From: a cyanobacterium endosymbiont of Rhopalodia gibba
GTDB taxonomy: Bacteria > Cyanobacteriota > Cyanobacteriia > Cyanobacteriales > Microcystaceae
Assembly: GCA_045159875.1 (NCBI GenBank)
Contig: CP067995.1
Coordinates: 128,001-192,000, forward strand
Reading direction: 5' to 3'
Length of the DNA stretch: 64,000 nucleotides
The translations under genes and the position numbers were made by a program. The notes under the pieces were generated by a model. That model was not told the DNA's origin. It saw only the letters and a list, made by a program, of their open reading frames with translations, and ran no database searches. Every line of letters starts with the position of its first letter. Position 1 is the stretch's first letter. Of this stretch, positions 32,942 through 44,499 are shown piece after piece.

Positions 32942-35491
32942 TTAAAGTAACGGTGACAATATAAGCCATCCCTTAAAAAGGTTGCCCTGCATTATGGCTG
33001 CGATACCGTATAACATTTGTAATTCTTCAGTATTAGGTTCAAGTTCAAGAGCAGATTTCAACAAAGTTTCTGCAACTTTTGGTTGCCAATCATAGAGATA
33101 AACAAACGCCAGATAGGCATGGTGATAGGGGTTATTGGGATTAAGTTTAATTAGTTGTTTTAAAGCAGTGATCGCACCTTTAGGATTTTCTTGTAAAACA
33201 TGGGACAGTACTAACCCATAAGTCCAGTCTAGTTCATATTGTCCTGGGTGATGATTTAAGCGATAAGTTAATGATTCTTCTGCTTGTTTAAGATAATCTT
33301 GAATTGGATCATATTGGTTAATCCGATCAACTTGCTCAAAAATGGAGTCAAGTCCCTCTATTCCTTGAGCTAGATTTAAGGAAAGTTGTCTTAATCTTGT
33401 GACTAAATCTAATGGGAATGAAGAGATAGGAGAAGCATTATTATCGATGGTAATATTAACATCAGAAATAACGATAGGATAAGTTTCTCCAGTATTGCGA
33501 TTAAGATATATTCCTGTTAATTGATAATCTCCTGAAGGCAAATCTTTAGGAACCATCATTCCTAAATTTTCAATAACCTTAAAGTTTTGTTCGTCTGGAT
33601 AATTTCCAAACAACATTCCTCCTCCAATTCCATGATCGTGTATCCAAAGCTTAACTGATTTTTGAGTTTGGTTTTCTTTGTTTTCTATAAGTTCCCAGTT
33701 TAATAAAAGCAAACCTGATTTTAATTCTTTCCAAGAGCCTGACCATTCATAAGTAATAGGAATAGGAAACCCTGAAGGAATTCTTTGGGGTATTTTAATT
33801 TTATCTAAATTAACTTTATTAGACGTATTTAAGTTTTCTTTGACGATTACAGATGGAAGTTGACGATGGTATAAAGTCAAAATATTTTTATCAGATAGAT
33901 TCCAATTTTTAACAGTTAAAAAGTTAGTATCAGTTTCTAGTTTTTGAGCCAAAGCTAATTGAGGTTTTCTAGCAAATCCATTGTCTCCCGTTTTAGTAAC
34001 AAACCAATCAAAATATTTTTGGTCTTGTTGTATATCTTCTTCTTTATTGCCCAATTCTCGTCCATGAACTTGAAAATTAGCGACTTGTCCATAATAATTA
34101 AGGGTATTATGATTAAAAAAATCTGTATTAACAATCACCCCCAAATTAGATATCTGATAAGGACTTATTTCCTGTACAGTTCTAATAAGTTCAGTATTGG
34201 GAATATCTTCATTAAGATAGGGACGGAATAATCCTCCTGAACTTAATATTAAAGTAAGTTTATCCGTCCCAGGAATAGGAAACAAATTGGTACACATAAC
34301 CACGAAGACAAGTCCTAAAGTGGTCCATCTAACAGGTTCCCATTTTCCTCTCCACTGAATTAAACCGTAAGCCAAAAATATCGCCAAAATTGGCAAATAA
34401 GACATGATATAGCGAGTATCTTTGTTGAAGATAGCTGAACAAATTAAGTATGAACCTATAAAATAAATAGCTAACCAAATAATTCCTTGTCTCAGTTTAC
34501 TTATTTCTATTTCTTGTTTACTTTTAGGAAATTTTCCTAATCCATTTAGTATTAAACCAACTAAAGGAACTACTAGTAATATCCAAGTGACTGCCGAAGG
34601 TAAATCTTGCCAATAATAAGTCCAAGCTGCTAGGGTGTTAAGAGGAGGATCTCCTTCATATGAGGCAGGTATTGCATTAGAATTACGAATTGTACTAAAT
34701 AAATAAATCCAATTAGTTCGATACCAGGGAAACCAAATTAGACTAGATATGATAAAACTAATAGTTAATTGTAATATTCTTTTCCACTTACATTGAAAAA
34801 TGTAGCTTATCGCTAACCATAGTAAAGGAGTAAGCAAGAAAAACATGACACTTTGTTTGGTTAATAATGTCAATCCCCAACAGATTCCAAAGATGACTGC
34901 CCATAGCCATTGTTTATGATAGATTTTCTGGAGTTTCCAAATAGTTAAACAACAAAAACACAGAACTGTCAATGTCATTAATGGAGTATCAATCAAAAAT
35001 TGTAGGCGGCTTTGATATAATCTAGGAAATAACATCGATAAACCAGCTCCCCACAAGCCGATTTGATCATTAAATAGAATTTTACCTAATCTATAAACTG
35101 CTAAGATTAAGATACTATTGTAAAATAAATTAGTAATTAATGCGGTATCATTACCAACCCCAAAAACCTTTTGAAATAAAGCAGCAATAATATAGGTTAA
35201 CGGAGGATACTTTGATGATATCATCCAAAAATTTCGCCACCATTCACTATCAAAAAAGTGTGGAGACTCTAATGCGTGAAGATATTGGAGAGACTTAGTT
35301 AAATGATTACTTTGATCCCAAGGGGGAATAGAATGATCTAAAATTAGCCAGATATGATCACTTAGACTACTGATCAACCAAATTAGTCCTAGTATTATCC
35401 ATACTTTAGTGGGGCTTAGGAATAGTTTTTTGATGTTCATCTTGATAAGACTAATCGTAGAAGTGATATGATCATTAATGTATTCTAACAT
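32942..35491 (-). CDS. Lipid-carrier-dependent GT-C glycosyltransferase (ArnT/PMT-like) with C-terminal TPR; start may be 35440
   Basis: WDQSNH, KYPPL, LLTKQ and KDTRY motifs; many TM segments; TPR-like tail. Confidence 0.8.
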   Translation of the reverse strand: MLEYINDHITSTISLIKMNIKKLFLSPTKVWIILGLIWLISSLSDHIWLILDHSIPPWDQSNHLTKSLQYLHALESPHFFDSEWWRNFWMISSKYPPLTYIIAALFQKVFGVGNDTALITNLFYNSILILAVYRLGKILFNDQIGLWGAGLSMLFPRLYQSRLQFLIDTPLMTLTVLCFCCLTIWKLQKIYHKQWLWAVIFGICWGLTLLTKQSVMFFLLTPLLWLAISYIFQCKWKRILQLTISFIISSLIWFPWYRTNWIYLFSTIRNSNAIPASYEGDPPLNTLAAWTYYWQDLPSAVTWILLVVPLVGLILNGLGKFPKSKQEIEISKLRQGIIWLAIYFIGSYLICSAIFNKDTRYIMSYLPILAIFLAYGLIQWRGKWEPVRWTTLGLVFVVMCTNLFPIPGTDKLTLILSSGGLFRPYLNEDIPNTELIRTVQEISPYQISNLGVIVNTDFFNHNTLNYYGQVANFQVHGRELGNKEEDIQQDQKYFDWFVTKTGDNGFARKPQLALAQKLETDTNFLTVKNWNLSDKNILTLYHRQLPSVIVKENLNTSNKVNLDKIKIPQRIPSGFPIPITYEWSGSWKELKSGLLLLNWELIENKENQTQKSVKLWIHDHGIGGGMLFGNYPDEQNFKVIENLGMMVPKDLPSGDYQLTGIYLNRNTGETYPIVISDVNITIDNNASPISSFPLDLVTRLRQLSLNLAQGIEGLDSIFEQVDRINQYDPIQDYLKQAEESLTYRLNHHPGQYELDWTYGLVLSHVLQENPKGAITALKQLIKLNPNNPYHHAYLAFVYLYDWQPKVAETLLKSALELEPNTEELQMLYGIAAIMQGNLFKGWLILSPLL

Positions 35492-36269
35492 TATAGCTAG
35501 TTCTGGAAATTTGCTTATTTACCTGAATAGCATTGAGAACAAAAAAATAATATTTTTACTATTTTAGTGGTACTTAAATAAACTTTTTTTTATTTTTTTT
35601 ATTAGTCTTATTGACTTCTATTAAAGAGCCAGTAACTGATTCAAATTATTACAAATTTAATGTTTAACTAAGTATTCTAAAAAAGTCTCTAAACTATTCA
35701 AAAAATTCAATTTAGTTAATCGTTTAACTCGTCTTTATTTGAAGCCATAAAAAATATCTCTGTTTAAAGTTTGCTTGATCAATAATTTCAACCTAAATTT
35801 TAAAAAAAATTACCTATTTTATGAAAATTACTATGTCAAAAAAAATTAAAATCATATAAAAAGCTTAGAAGCATATTGATACTGTAGTCACTTTCCTTGA
35901 ATTATCTAATTTAATCTATTCTTAGAATCTAACTTTAAGTTCAAAAATAATCGCTATTAATCTCACAACAATATTATAAATTGTAGGAACTTCTATTGGG
36001 ATAAAGTCTGCTCGAAAATAAAAATCACAAAAAAGTGCGCCACAATTCAAGTAATTGTTACTGATAAATCGGGAGAAGAAGTAAGACTAGGAGAAAGTCA
36101 TACTTTATGAGTAAATCCTATAAATGTCTCTCTTGATAAGAGATTAGTTTCAATTTTAGAAACAATTAAGAAAGTATATTTATTTTTTTAAAAAATTTTT
36201 ACTACTTTAATATATTTGAAATATACAACAATAATTTTCTTATATTATCTAATTTTCGTTTCAAAAAAA

Positions 36270-36880
36270 CTTTCGTTAACGTCACCCTATTTTACTAATT
36301 TATGAACTACATAATACCTTGGCCAGATTTGAGACTATAACTGGCTATTTTACAGAAATGAGGTGGTCAGTATATTTTTTGAATTTAAAACCCAATGACG
36401 GGGATGAGCATCTAGAACATTTAGCTAAATAAATAGTAGACTATATTTATTTAGTAGTGCTTTTAGTCCGAAAAGATTTATAGATTTAATTCTATTTAGA
36501 ATGGGGTAGCGGTGACACTCTATGTATCTCCAATACTTTGGAGGAGTCAAGCAAGCAGAATTTCCTAACATTTCTGCATCTAAAATAATGCAACATTAGG
36601 CACTAACGTTTTGGTGAATTCAGGGATTAAACCAATATGTCCTAATAGTGAATTGCTAACTCATTTAAATCACAATATCCCAAAAAGTCTAGAAATAATC
36701 AATGTTACAGTCATATAGACTCCCTATTGTCTAATAATTTAACTCCTCAAGAGCCAAATAGTTTTAAAATTAATCTAGGTAATGAAATTTAAACTCCAGT
36801 TTTGACTCATGAATGGATGGTTAAAGATATGAAAACTTTAACAGCAATTTCTTAAGCCTTATCTGAACCCGTTAACAGTC
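36270..36880 (+). pseudogene. Lipase/esterase (alpha/beta hydrolase, LipA-like) pseudogene
   Basis: RHPILLI..GYFTEMRWSVYFLNLKPNDG..CPNSELLTHLN..I*TPY..PVLTHEWMVKD..ALSEP, read across frames. Confidence 0.7.
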
Positions 36881-36908
36881 GTATAAACTAGATTAGTAAA
36901 ATAAACTT

Positions 36909-38387
36909 ATGGATTCAATTCAAGCATCTAAAATAGAATATGTTGATGTCGTTGTTGTTGGAGGTGGTATTGCTGGAATTGCTATAACTGAATTTCTCTC
37001 TCGTCATAGTAATTTAACTATTAAAGTTTTAGAAAAATCTCTTAAATTGGGTAACTTAGCATCGGGTAAATTGGAAGGATGGTTTCATACAGGGGCTTTA
37101 TATTCTGGTCAAGACGATGCCCAAACTTTTATCAATTGTGTCAATGGAGTAGAAGACATAATCAATCTTTATAGTTCCTATTTTCCGGAAAACTGTAATA
37201 TTAATTTAACTGAGAAATCTTCTAATTTTTACAGTCCAACTATTATCCCTAATTCCCAAGGATGGTTTGATGCTCGACCAGTACATATTATTCATCCCCA
37301 AGCTGATGCACCAGAAATTAGTTCATCTCGTTTGAGAAGTGATACAGTACAGATTAATATTCAACTAAATAGAGTCTTAGGTAGGTTGGAAGTTGCTTAT
37401 GGAAAACAACATAATTGGAAAAATAATAATAGTTGTATTGCTCCCAGTTACGCCCAAGTAGAAAATCACGAAGGGATATTTTGTTCTTTGCGCCAATCAA
37501 ATGAAACTATTCATAATCTTTGTTCGCAATTTGATAATTCCTATGGAATAAAGCCCTCTAATTATGAAGTTCTCCACACCCTAGATTGTTCGATGAACAC
37601 AAGTATAATTCTCAGAGATTTAGTGGCAAGTTGTCTATATCAGGGAGTAACGTTTGAAACGGGAGTTACCATTGATAAACTCTTAATAGATCGCTACGGT
37701 CCAATTCGTCTGAAAAGTTTAATTTGTAAAACTAAAGAAGGACTACCTAAAAGACTGAAAGCTAAGTTGTTTATTTTTGCAGTTGGGGAAGGATTTGAAT
37801 CCTTTTTAGCAGACTTGCAGGTAAGGGCTAGACTAAAGCGGAGTCGAAGTGCCATGGTGGTAGCCTATCCAGCCTTAGCGAATAATAATTTTGTCAGAAT
37901 GTCTACAAAAAACCGCTTTCATTTCAATCATTTTGTTCAGCAAAGAGAAAAGGGCAACCAAAAATTCATCTACTCAATGTTAGCTAATTCAGGTTATATC
38001 AGAGATGAAGAACCAGAAGACATTGATATTGAGCCTATTCTAGAATTAGCAGAGCGTTATTTTGGTCAAGAAAAACTACATAGTAGTCAGCTTTTTAGTT
38101 ATGAATGTATGAAAACTGAATTTATTAGTGAAGAAGAACAAAAAAGGCGTTACAGTTATTGGATTGAATCCAATCCTAAAAGTAATTATTTATGCGTTCT
38201 TCCTGGTAAATTCTCTTTTTTCCCTACTGTTGCATACCAAGCTTATCAGCGTATTAAAACCTTGATTGACTTCGAAGAATCTTCTCCTAAAATAGCGTTT
38301 GATTCTACAACCTTGAAAGAAGTAAAAGAACAAGCAAAAAATTTAGTTGCTGACTCTTACCCTCTACAAATTTTTGCGGTTAGATAG
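36909..38387 (+). CDS. FAD-dependent oxidoreductase (DAO/GlpD-like), substrate unknown
   Basis: VVVVGGGIAG Rossmann motif; GWFHTGALY; LPGKF. Confidence 0.8.
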   Translation: MDSIQASKIEYVDVVVVGGGIAGIAITEFLSRHSNLTIKVLEKSLKLGNLASGKLEGWFHTGALYSGQDDAQTFINCVNGVEDIINLYSSYFPENCNINLTEKSSNFYSPTIIPNSQGWFDARPVHIIHPQADAPEISSSRLRSDTVQINIQLNRVLGRLEVAYGKQHNWKNNNSCIAPSYAQVENHEGIFCSLRQSNETIHNLCSQFDNSYGIKPSNYEVLHTLDCSMNTSIILRDLVASCLYQGVTFETGVTIDKLLIDRYGPIRLKSLICKTKEGLPKRLKAKLFIFAVGEGFESFLADLQVRARLKRSRSAMVVAYPALANNNFVRMSTKNRFHFNHFVQQREKGNQKFIYSMLANSGYIRDEEPEDIDIEPILELAERYFGQEKLHSSQLFSYECMKTEFISEEEQKRRYSYWIESNPKSNYLCVLPGKFSFFPTVAYQAYQRIKTLIDFEESSPKIAFDSTTLKEVKEQAKNLVADSYPLQIFAVR

Positions 38388-38499
38388 TAAAAGTTGTAGT
38401 CTTTGGACTTTTACTATTACTTTAAAAACTGGAGTTTTGTGTCCGAAAGCTTGTGCAGGTAAAAACTCTAAGTACTAAGTATTCTGGTTATGAACTGTA

Positions 38500-38671
38500 A
38501 TAATAGGATATACAAGAACAGGCTCCTGAAATTGGTTAAACGTCTGAGGAGAGGATTGCCTCTGGGTTGAAGACAAAAGAAGATTTTAATTTAAGCGAAG
38601 CTCGTTGAGCCATAAATCTAAAACAGTGATATTTAAAGAATCCACATACTTCAAAAAGTCGAGTATGTCAA
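38500..38671 (+). mobile_element. IS200/IS605 tnpB 3' end / right-end relic
   Basis: AAGAATCC...GAGTATGTCAA terminus typical of cyanobacterial IS605-group right ends; GGAGAG..TGCCTCTGG upstream. Confidence 0.5.
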
Positions 38672-38729
38672 CCAAGTTTCCTGAATATGACATGATATGG
38701 AATCAGAGTAAATCACCATTCAGCAGTCT

Positions 38730-39552
38730 ATGGAAATACCCTGACTGATTTTTGACGGACTGGTTATTGGAAGTATTATTGCTCTCACTGCAGTATGTTT
38801 AACCCTCACTCATGGAATTCTACGGCTATCTAACTTTACCCACGCTGATTTTATGATATTGTGGGTTTAATTTGACTTGGGTAGCTAAAATTGGCGGCAT
38901 TGTTGCTATGATCATCGCGGAATATCTACTGTGGAAACCAATGTGTGATCGCCGCGCTCCACCACTTTGATTGTTATTTCTATTGGCTTAGCATTGTTTA
39001 TTCGCAACGGAATTGTAATGATTTGGGGGGGTAATAATCAAAGCTATAAACTTCTTCTGGTTCCTGCTTAAGAATTTTTAGGAATTAAATTTGAACGAGA
39101 TCGACTAATAGTGATGGGGTTAGCTATTGTGGCTGTTACAGTTCTTCATTTTCTCTGACAAAAGACTAAACTGGGTAAAGCAATGCGAGCGGTAGCCGAT
39201 AATATAGACTTAGCAAGGGTATCAGGAATTAATGTAGAAAAAGTAGTTCTCTGGACTTGGGTGATTACGGGAGGGCTGACTACTTTGGGAGGAGTTATAT
39301 ATAGACTGATTTATACCATTAAACCGACCATGGGATGGTTCCTGATTTTACCCATATTTGCTTCAGTGATTTTAGGAAGAATTGGCAACTCTTATGAGGC
39401 AATTCTTGGTGGATTAGTGGTTGGTATTGTTTCGATAATTAAGTGTTAGTATTCTCTGGCTAGGTTCAGAATATAAATTAGGGGTATCTTTATTAATTAT
39501 GATTGTCATTCTCTTAGTTCGCCCCCAAGGACTTTTTAAAGGAATGATGTGA
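38730..39552 (+). pseudogene. natD: Neutral/branched-chain amino acid ABC permease pseudogene (NatD/LivH)
   Basis: MEIP*LIFDGLVIGSIIAL..GILRLSNFTHADF..GKAMRAVADNIDLARVSGI..LLVRPQGLFKG; stops and frameshifts. Confidence 0.88.
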
Positions 39553-39602
39553 TATATCCTCTCAAGAAGTAGTAAGATTTAAAAATTACTATTCAAAAAA
39601 TT

Positions 39603-39930
39603 ATGACTAAACTCAATAGACAAGACTGATAGAATCGCCGTGTTATTTATTAGGTTTATCCTTCAACTTTTAATGATGCTAATGGGTATGTACAGGGTGA
39701 TTTAGAAGAAATAATTAATTGCTTAGATTATTTTAAACAATATTTGGTAATTGATGCCATTTGGCTATTTTCAATTAATGAAGTCTTTCGTGATTGATAA
39801 TGGCTATGATATAATGACTATCTTGATATTTATCTAGTTGATAGAATATTTATAATCTCAAAAATATCAAATAAAAATTTTCGTTAGTTTAGTGATAAAC
39901 CATAGTTATAATCAAATCATCAAAGATATA
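39603..39930 (+). pseudogene. GH13 alpha-glucosidase-like N-terminal relic
   Basis: VIY*VYPSTFNDANG..GDL..LDY..IDAIWL..IDNGYDI..LVINHS. Confidence 0.8.
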
Positions 39931-40351
39931 TTGATGATAAAACTTTATATTTATATTTTTAATTGTTATATAACAGATTTAGTAGAATCAATTAAACTTA
40001 TTTAATCAAATAAAAAAAGGAATATACCTAAATATTCCATGGACAGGAAATAGCGTTGAATAAAAGTCTATGAAATTCTCGAAGAGATGTTTAAAAATGA
40101 ATAGGATTTAGCTGAGACAGTTAAACAAAATATTCTTTAAAAGAGTTACTTTAAAAAATACAAATCGAAGCAATATAAATTTAACTTTAATTGTCTAAAC
40201 ATAGGGCTGTAAATTAAAATAATTTGTTTTTTTTACATTTATTTAGAACGACTTACTTAAACATAATAAATTATAAAAAATAAAGCATAATAAAATGACA
40301 AAGCACATCATCATTTCAAAAATACTATTGACGACTATTTATTATTTACTA

Positions 40352-41356
40352 TTAGAATTGCGATAAGAACCGCATATCACTACTATAGAAACGGCGAATA
40401 TCATCAATTTTGTGTAACACCATAGCAAATCTTTCGACTCCTAAACCAGCAGCAAATCCTGTATAAACTTCCGGATCATAACCTACAGCTTTGAGTACAT
40501 TAGGAGCAACCATGCCGCATCCCATCACCTCTAACCATTTCCCTTGCCACTGTACATCCACTTCTGCTGAAGGTTCCGTAAAGGGAAAATAACTAGCACG
40601 GAATTTAACAGGTAATTCCTTCCCAAACATCTGTTTTAAAAACTCTTTAATAGTACCTTTTAAATTAGTAAAAGTTAACCCTTCGTCTACGGTTAAAATC
40701 TCCACTTGGTGGAATACTGCTGAATGGGTTGCATCCACGGTATCCCGACGATAGACACGTCCAGGGGACACAATACGGATGGGAGGTTTATGAGTCTCCA
40801 TATAGCGAATTTGGACAGGAGAGGTATGGGTTCGTAACAAACGACCATCAGCTAAAAAGAATGTATCTTGCATATCCCGCGCAGGATGATCGGAGGGAAT
40901 ATTCAACGCCTCAAAATTATAATAATCTGTTTCTAAATGGGGCCCGGTAGCTACACTGTACCCTAAACCAACAAAAATATCTAACACTTGATCAATAGTG
41001 CTATTAAGAGGATGAATACGACCTAGAGGACGACTGACCCCGGGCATAGTTACATCAAGGGTTTCTACAACAAGTTGAGCTTGAATCTGAGCAATTTGTA
41101 GGGTTTGACGTTGTCGGTCAAGATTAGTTTGTAAAGTTTCTTTGACTATATTAGCCAAGGACCCAACACGAGGACGTTCTTCCTCACTTAATTGTCCCAT
41201 ACCCCGCAAAATTATGGAAAGTTGCCCTTTTTTCCCTAGATAACTGATGCGAAGTTTTTCGAGGTCTTCCAAATCTGTGATAGATGCGATCGCATCTTGT
41301 GCTTCGTCCTGTAGAGTTTGTAATTCCAATTCTAAGGTGTTAGAAGTTGTAGTCAT
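40352..41356 (-). CDS. pheS: Phenylalanine-tRNA ligase alpha subunit
   Basis: [19 protein letters not shown] and YFPFTEPS motifs. Confidence 0.97.
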   Translation of the reverse strand: MTTTSNTLELELQTLQDEAQDAIASITDLEDLEKLRISYLGKKGQLSIILRGMGQLSEEERPRVGSLANIVKETLQTNLDRQRQTLQIAQIQAQLVVETLDVTMPGVSRPLGRIHPLNSTIDQVLDIFVGLGYSVATGPHLETDYYNFEALNIPSDHPARDMQDTFFLADGRLLRTHTSPVQIRYMETHKPPIRIVSPGRVYRRDTVDATHSAVFHQVEILTVDEGLTFTNLKGTIKEFLKQMFGKELPVKFRASYFPFTEPSAEVDVQWQGKWLEVMGCGMVAPNVLKAVGYDPEVYTGFAAGLGVERFAMVLHKIDDIRRFYSSDMRFLSQF

Positions 41357-41629
41357 GGGGATAAAGTTAGAAGTTAGCAGTCAAAATTTATCTGAGAAAT
41401 ATTTTGACATCTACACCTTAGTGTATCGAAGTTTTGTCCTTACTCTTGTTTCAATTTTACTTAAATCATGATCACACTGAAACTTGATGAGAAGATTATA
41501 GTTAAGATAAATGTCTCAATTGTTGTGCTGTAACACTGCCCATTAAGGTTAGAACATGTGTAAAAGCCATAACTTTGTTGTACTCAAGTTTTACTTGTTG
41601 CCTTTCTTTTCTCCCTTTCAAGTTTGATC

Positions 41630-42445
41630 ATGGAACCTTTAAAATTACTGATCTGTAATGATGATGGTATTTTCTCTCAGGGTATTCGCACCTTAGCAAA
41701 TACCCTATCCCAGGCAGGCAATGAGGTAACGGTGGTTTGTCCTGACCGCGAACGCTCAGCAACTGGTCATGGGTTAACCCTTCACCGCCCGATTCGTGCC
41801 GAGGTGGTGGAAAACCTTTTTCATCCTCAAGTGGTCGCTTGGTCCTGTTCAGGAACGCCCTCAGACTGCGTTAAATTTGCTCTCAGTGCTGTGTTCAAGA
41901 GCCTTCCTGATGTAGTCATTTCAGGAATTAATCACGGATCTAATTTAGGTACTGATGTATTGTATTCGGGGACGGTTTCAGCGGCTATGGAGGGAGTGAT
42001 CGAAGGGATTCCCAGTATTGCTATAAGTTTAGCTAGTTTTTCTTCAAAAGAATTTCAACCGGGAGCTAATTTTGCTTGTACCTTAGTCCAACAATTAGTT
42101 AGTCACCCATTACCGAAAGCAACCCTTTTAAATGTGAATATTCCTCCAGTCTCCCAAGATGTGATCGCCGGTGTGATGATCACCCGTCAAGGGTTACGCC
42201 GCTATGTAGAGCAATTTGAACAGCGTATTGATCCTAGGGGAAAAAGCTATTATTGGTTGGCTGGGGAGTTAGTCACTGAAATTGAACAACCCGAACATCT
42301 TCATCTTCCATCAGATATTCCTACAGATGTCCAAGGAATTCAACACAATTACATTACCATTACCCCGCTACAGTATAATTTGACAGATATTGAGGGATTT
42401 AAATATCTTTATAAAACTGGCTGGTTAGACACCTACCTAAGTTAA
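41630..42445 (+). CDS. surE: 5'/3'-nucleotidase SurE
   Basis: [20 protein letters not shown] and [11 protein letters not shown] motifs. Confidence 0.96.
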   Translation: MEPLKLLICNDDGIFSQGIRTLANTLSQAGNEVTVVCPDRERSATGHGLTLHRPIRAEVVENLFHPQVVAWSCSGTPSDCVKFALSAVFKSLPDVVISGINHGSNLGTDVLYSGTVSAAMEGVIEGIPSIAISLASFSSKEFQPGANFACTLVQQLVSHPLPKATLLNVNIPPVSQDVIAGVMITRQGLRRYVEQFEQRIDPRGKSYYWLAGELVTEIEQPEHLHLPSDIPTDVQGIQHNYITITPLQYNLTDIEGFKYLYKTGWLDTYLS

Positions 42446-42510
42446 TTCTTGTCAATAACTAATGACATTGTGTGATATTCTGATCAACTATCACAGTCCT
42501 ATTCAAGACC

Positions 42511-43092
42511 ATGTCCTCGTTCCAATTTAGTCCAGAAAACGAGCCAGAAGAAATTGATAGTGTTACCCTGACTGATAACGAGGGTCGCACTTTAGAATGT
42601 TATGTAGAAAACGCCCTGGAGGCAGAAGATGGAACTTATATACTTCTTATGCCTGTCGATATTCCTGTTGTTATTTTGTCCTGGGATGAGCAATCAGAGG
42701 AGGAAGACGAAGAAACTAATGTTGTTCTTTTAGAAGACAAAGTAGAAATCCAAGAAATTTTTCCTGATGCTAGGGCTGTTTTAGCTGAATTAGATTTAGC
42801 TTTAAGTTTTACAGCTTTTACTTTAACGGTTAAAGGAGAATTACCTCCCATTGAAGATGATGGTATTCTGAACCTTGAATTAGATACTGAAGAGGAACCC
42901 TTAGACTCAGAAGAATTACAGTTTTTGGCTGGATTCTATCACAAAGACCAAAAATATTCCGTTTATACTCCCCTTGCTCCTTTGTTATTTTTGGCTAAAT
43001 ATGACTTACTTGGACAAGTATCTTTAGTTTCTCCTGATGATCAGCAAATGCAGCCTATTTTGGAGGAGTTATTATTTGATGATACGGAATAA
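42511..43092 (+). CDS. DUF3727/DUF1292 acidic protein
   Basis: LTD..GR.L.C, LLMPVDIPV and YTPL.P motifs. Confidence 0.75.
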   Translation: MSSFQFSPENEPEEIDSVTLTDNEGRTLECYVENALEAEDGTYILLMPVDIPVVILSWDEQSEEEDEETNVVLLEDKVEIQEIFPDARAVLAELDLALSFTAFTLTVKGELPPIEDDGILNLELDTEEEPLDSEELQFLAGFYHKDQKYSVYTPLAPLLFLAKYDLLGQVSLVSPDDQQMQPILEELLFDDTE

Positions 43093-43103
43093 CTGATAAT
43101 TGT

Positions 43104-44357
43104 ATGAAAGACTGGGATTTTAGTGTACCTTCATCTTCTAACTTAGGAGATCATGATGTTCCTCTGGTGGGAAATAATCTCCTCGGACAAAATATTGCCT
43201 TATTGATTACTGGTGGAATAGCTGCTATGAAAACCCCTTTGATTGCACGTGCTTTGCGTCGAGAAGGGGCTAATGTTTCGGCTTTTGTCTCCAAAGAAGC
43301 AACTCGATATGTTACCTTGGATGCTCTAGAGTGGAGCACTAATAACCCCATTGTTACTCAATTAACATCAGTTGCTGAACATTTAAGTGATCGCGCTCCC
43401 TTTGCCGCTTATCTTGTAGCTCCTGCTACCTATAATACTATTAATAAAATGCGTTACGGTATTGCCGATGGGGTGATTACCTCTACCTTAGCATCTGCTT
43501 TAGGACGCATGGAACAAGGAAAAACTAAAATCATGATTGTTCCCACTATGCACGGTAGTTTACACAACTCTATTTTAACAGAATCTTTAAAATTTTTATA
43601 TAATTTAGGGGTAAAAATTATGCCGCCCAGGCAGAATTATGGTAAAAATAATATACCCGATGAACGAAATATTGTAGTAGAAGTTTGCCGTCTAATTAAT
43701 AATTCTCCTTTAAAAAATATCCCTATCTTAGTTACAGGTGGACCGACACCAGTTCCCATTGACAATATCCGTCGTTTAACTAATCATTTTACGGGACAGT
43801 TAGGTGCAACAATTGCTAAAGAATTATATTTGAAAGGGGCAGATATAACTCTAATTCATGGAGAGAGCTCTTACACTCCCCCTGATTACTTGCCATATCA
43901 AATTGCTAAAACTTATCAAGACTATTTAGAATTAGTTATAAAAAAGTTAAGCAATAAAAACTATATCTTTGGAATTTTTTCGGCAGCAGTTGCTGACTAT
44001 CAACCGAAAAAAATTATGCCTGGCAAAATTCCTAGTAAGGAAAAGTTAAAAAGTATTAAGCTGATTCCGACCATCAAAGTAATTGAAGAAGTTAGAAGAA
44101 AGTTTCCTGATCTCTATATGGTGACATTTAAATATCAAGAACAAGTGAGTCATGAAACTTTAATAGAACTTGCTAGTGCTAGAATTAAAAAAGGGTATCA
44201 GGTTGTGATTGCTAACCGAGGAGAAGAAATGGGAGGTCAACAGGGGCATATTGCTTATTTAGTTACTCAAAATGAGTTACCTCAAAAAATGATAGGAAAA
44301 AAAAGAATAGCCACAAAAATTGTCGAACATTTGGAGAATGTTTGTAAATTAACATAG
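43104..44357 (+). CDS. CoaBC-like bifunctional flavoprotein (divergent)
   Basis: TGGIAA, APATYNTINK, VTGGPT..IDNIR..TN..TG and AAVADY motifs; PTMH in place of PxMN. Confidence 0.8.
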   Translation: MKDWDFSVPSSSNLGDHDVPLVGNNLLGQNIALLITGGIAAMKTPLIARALRREGANVSAFVSKEATRYVTLDALEWSTNNPIVTQLTSVAEHLSDRAPFAAYLVAPATYNTINKMRYGIADGVITSTLASALGRMEQGKTKIMIVPTMHGSLHNSILTESLKFLYNLGVKIMPPRQNYGKNNIPDERNIVVEVCRLINNSPLKNIPILVTGGPTPVPIDNIRRLTNHFTGQLGATIAKELYLKGADITLIHGESSYTPPDYLPYQIAKTYQDYLELVIKKLSNKNYIFGIFSAAVADYQPKKIMPGKIPSKEKLKSIKLIPTIKVIEEVRRKFPDLYMVTFKYQEQVSHETLIELASARIKKGYQVVIANRGEEMGGQQGHIAYLVTQNELPQKMIGKKRIATKIVEHLENVCKLT

Positions 44358-44499
44358 AAAGAATTAGAGATTAAACTCTTAAAAAGAACTAGTCTCTCTT
44401 ATATATTAATAAGAATATTCATGAGTATTACCTTAATTTTAGTTAAATTAAAATAGTAAAAGATGTAGATAATAAATTACAAAAAATTAGAAATTTGTT

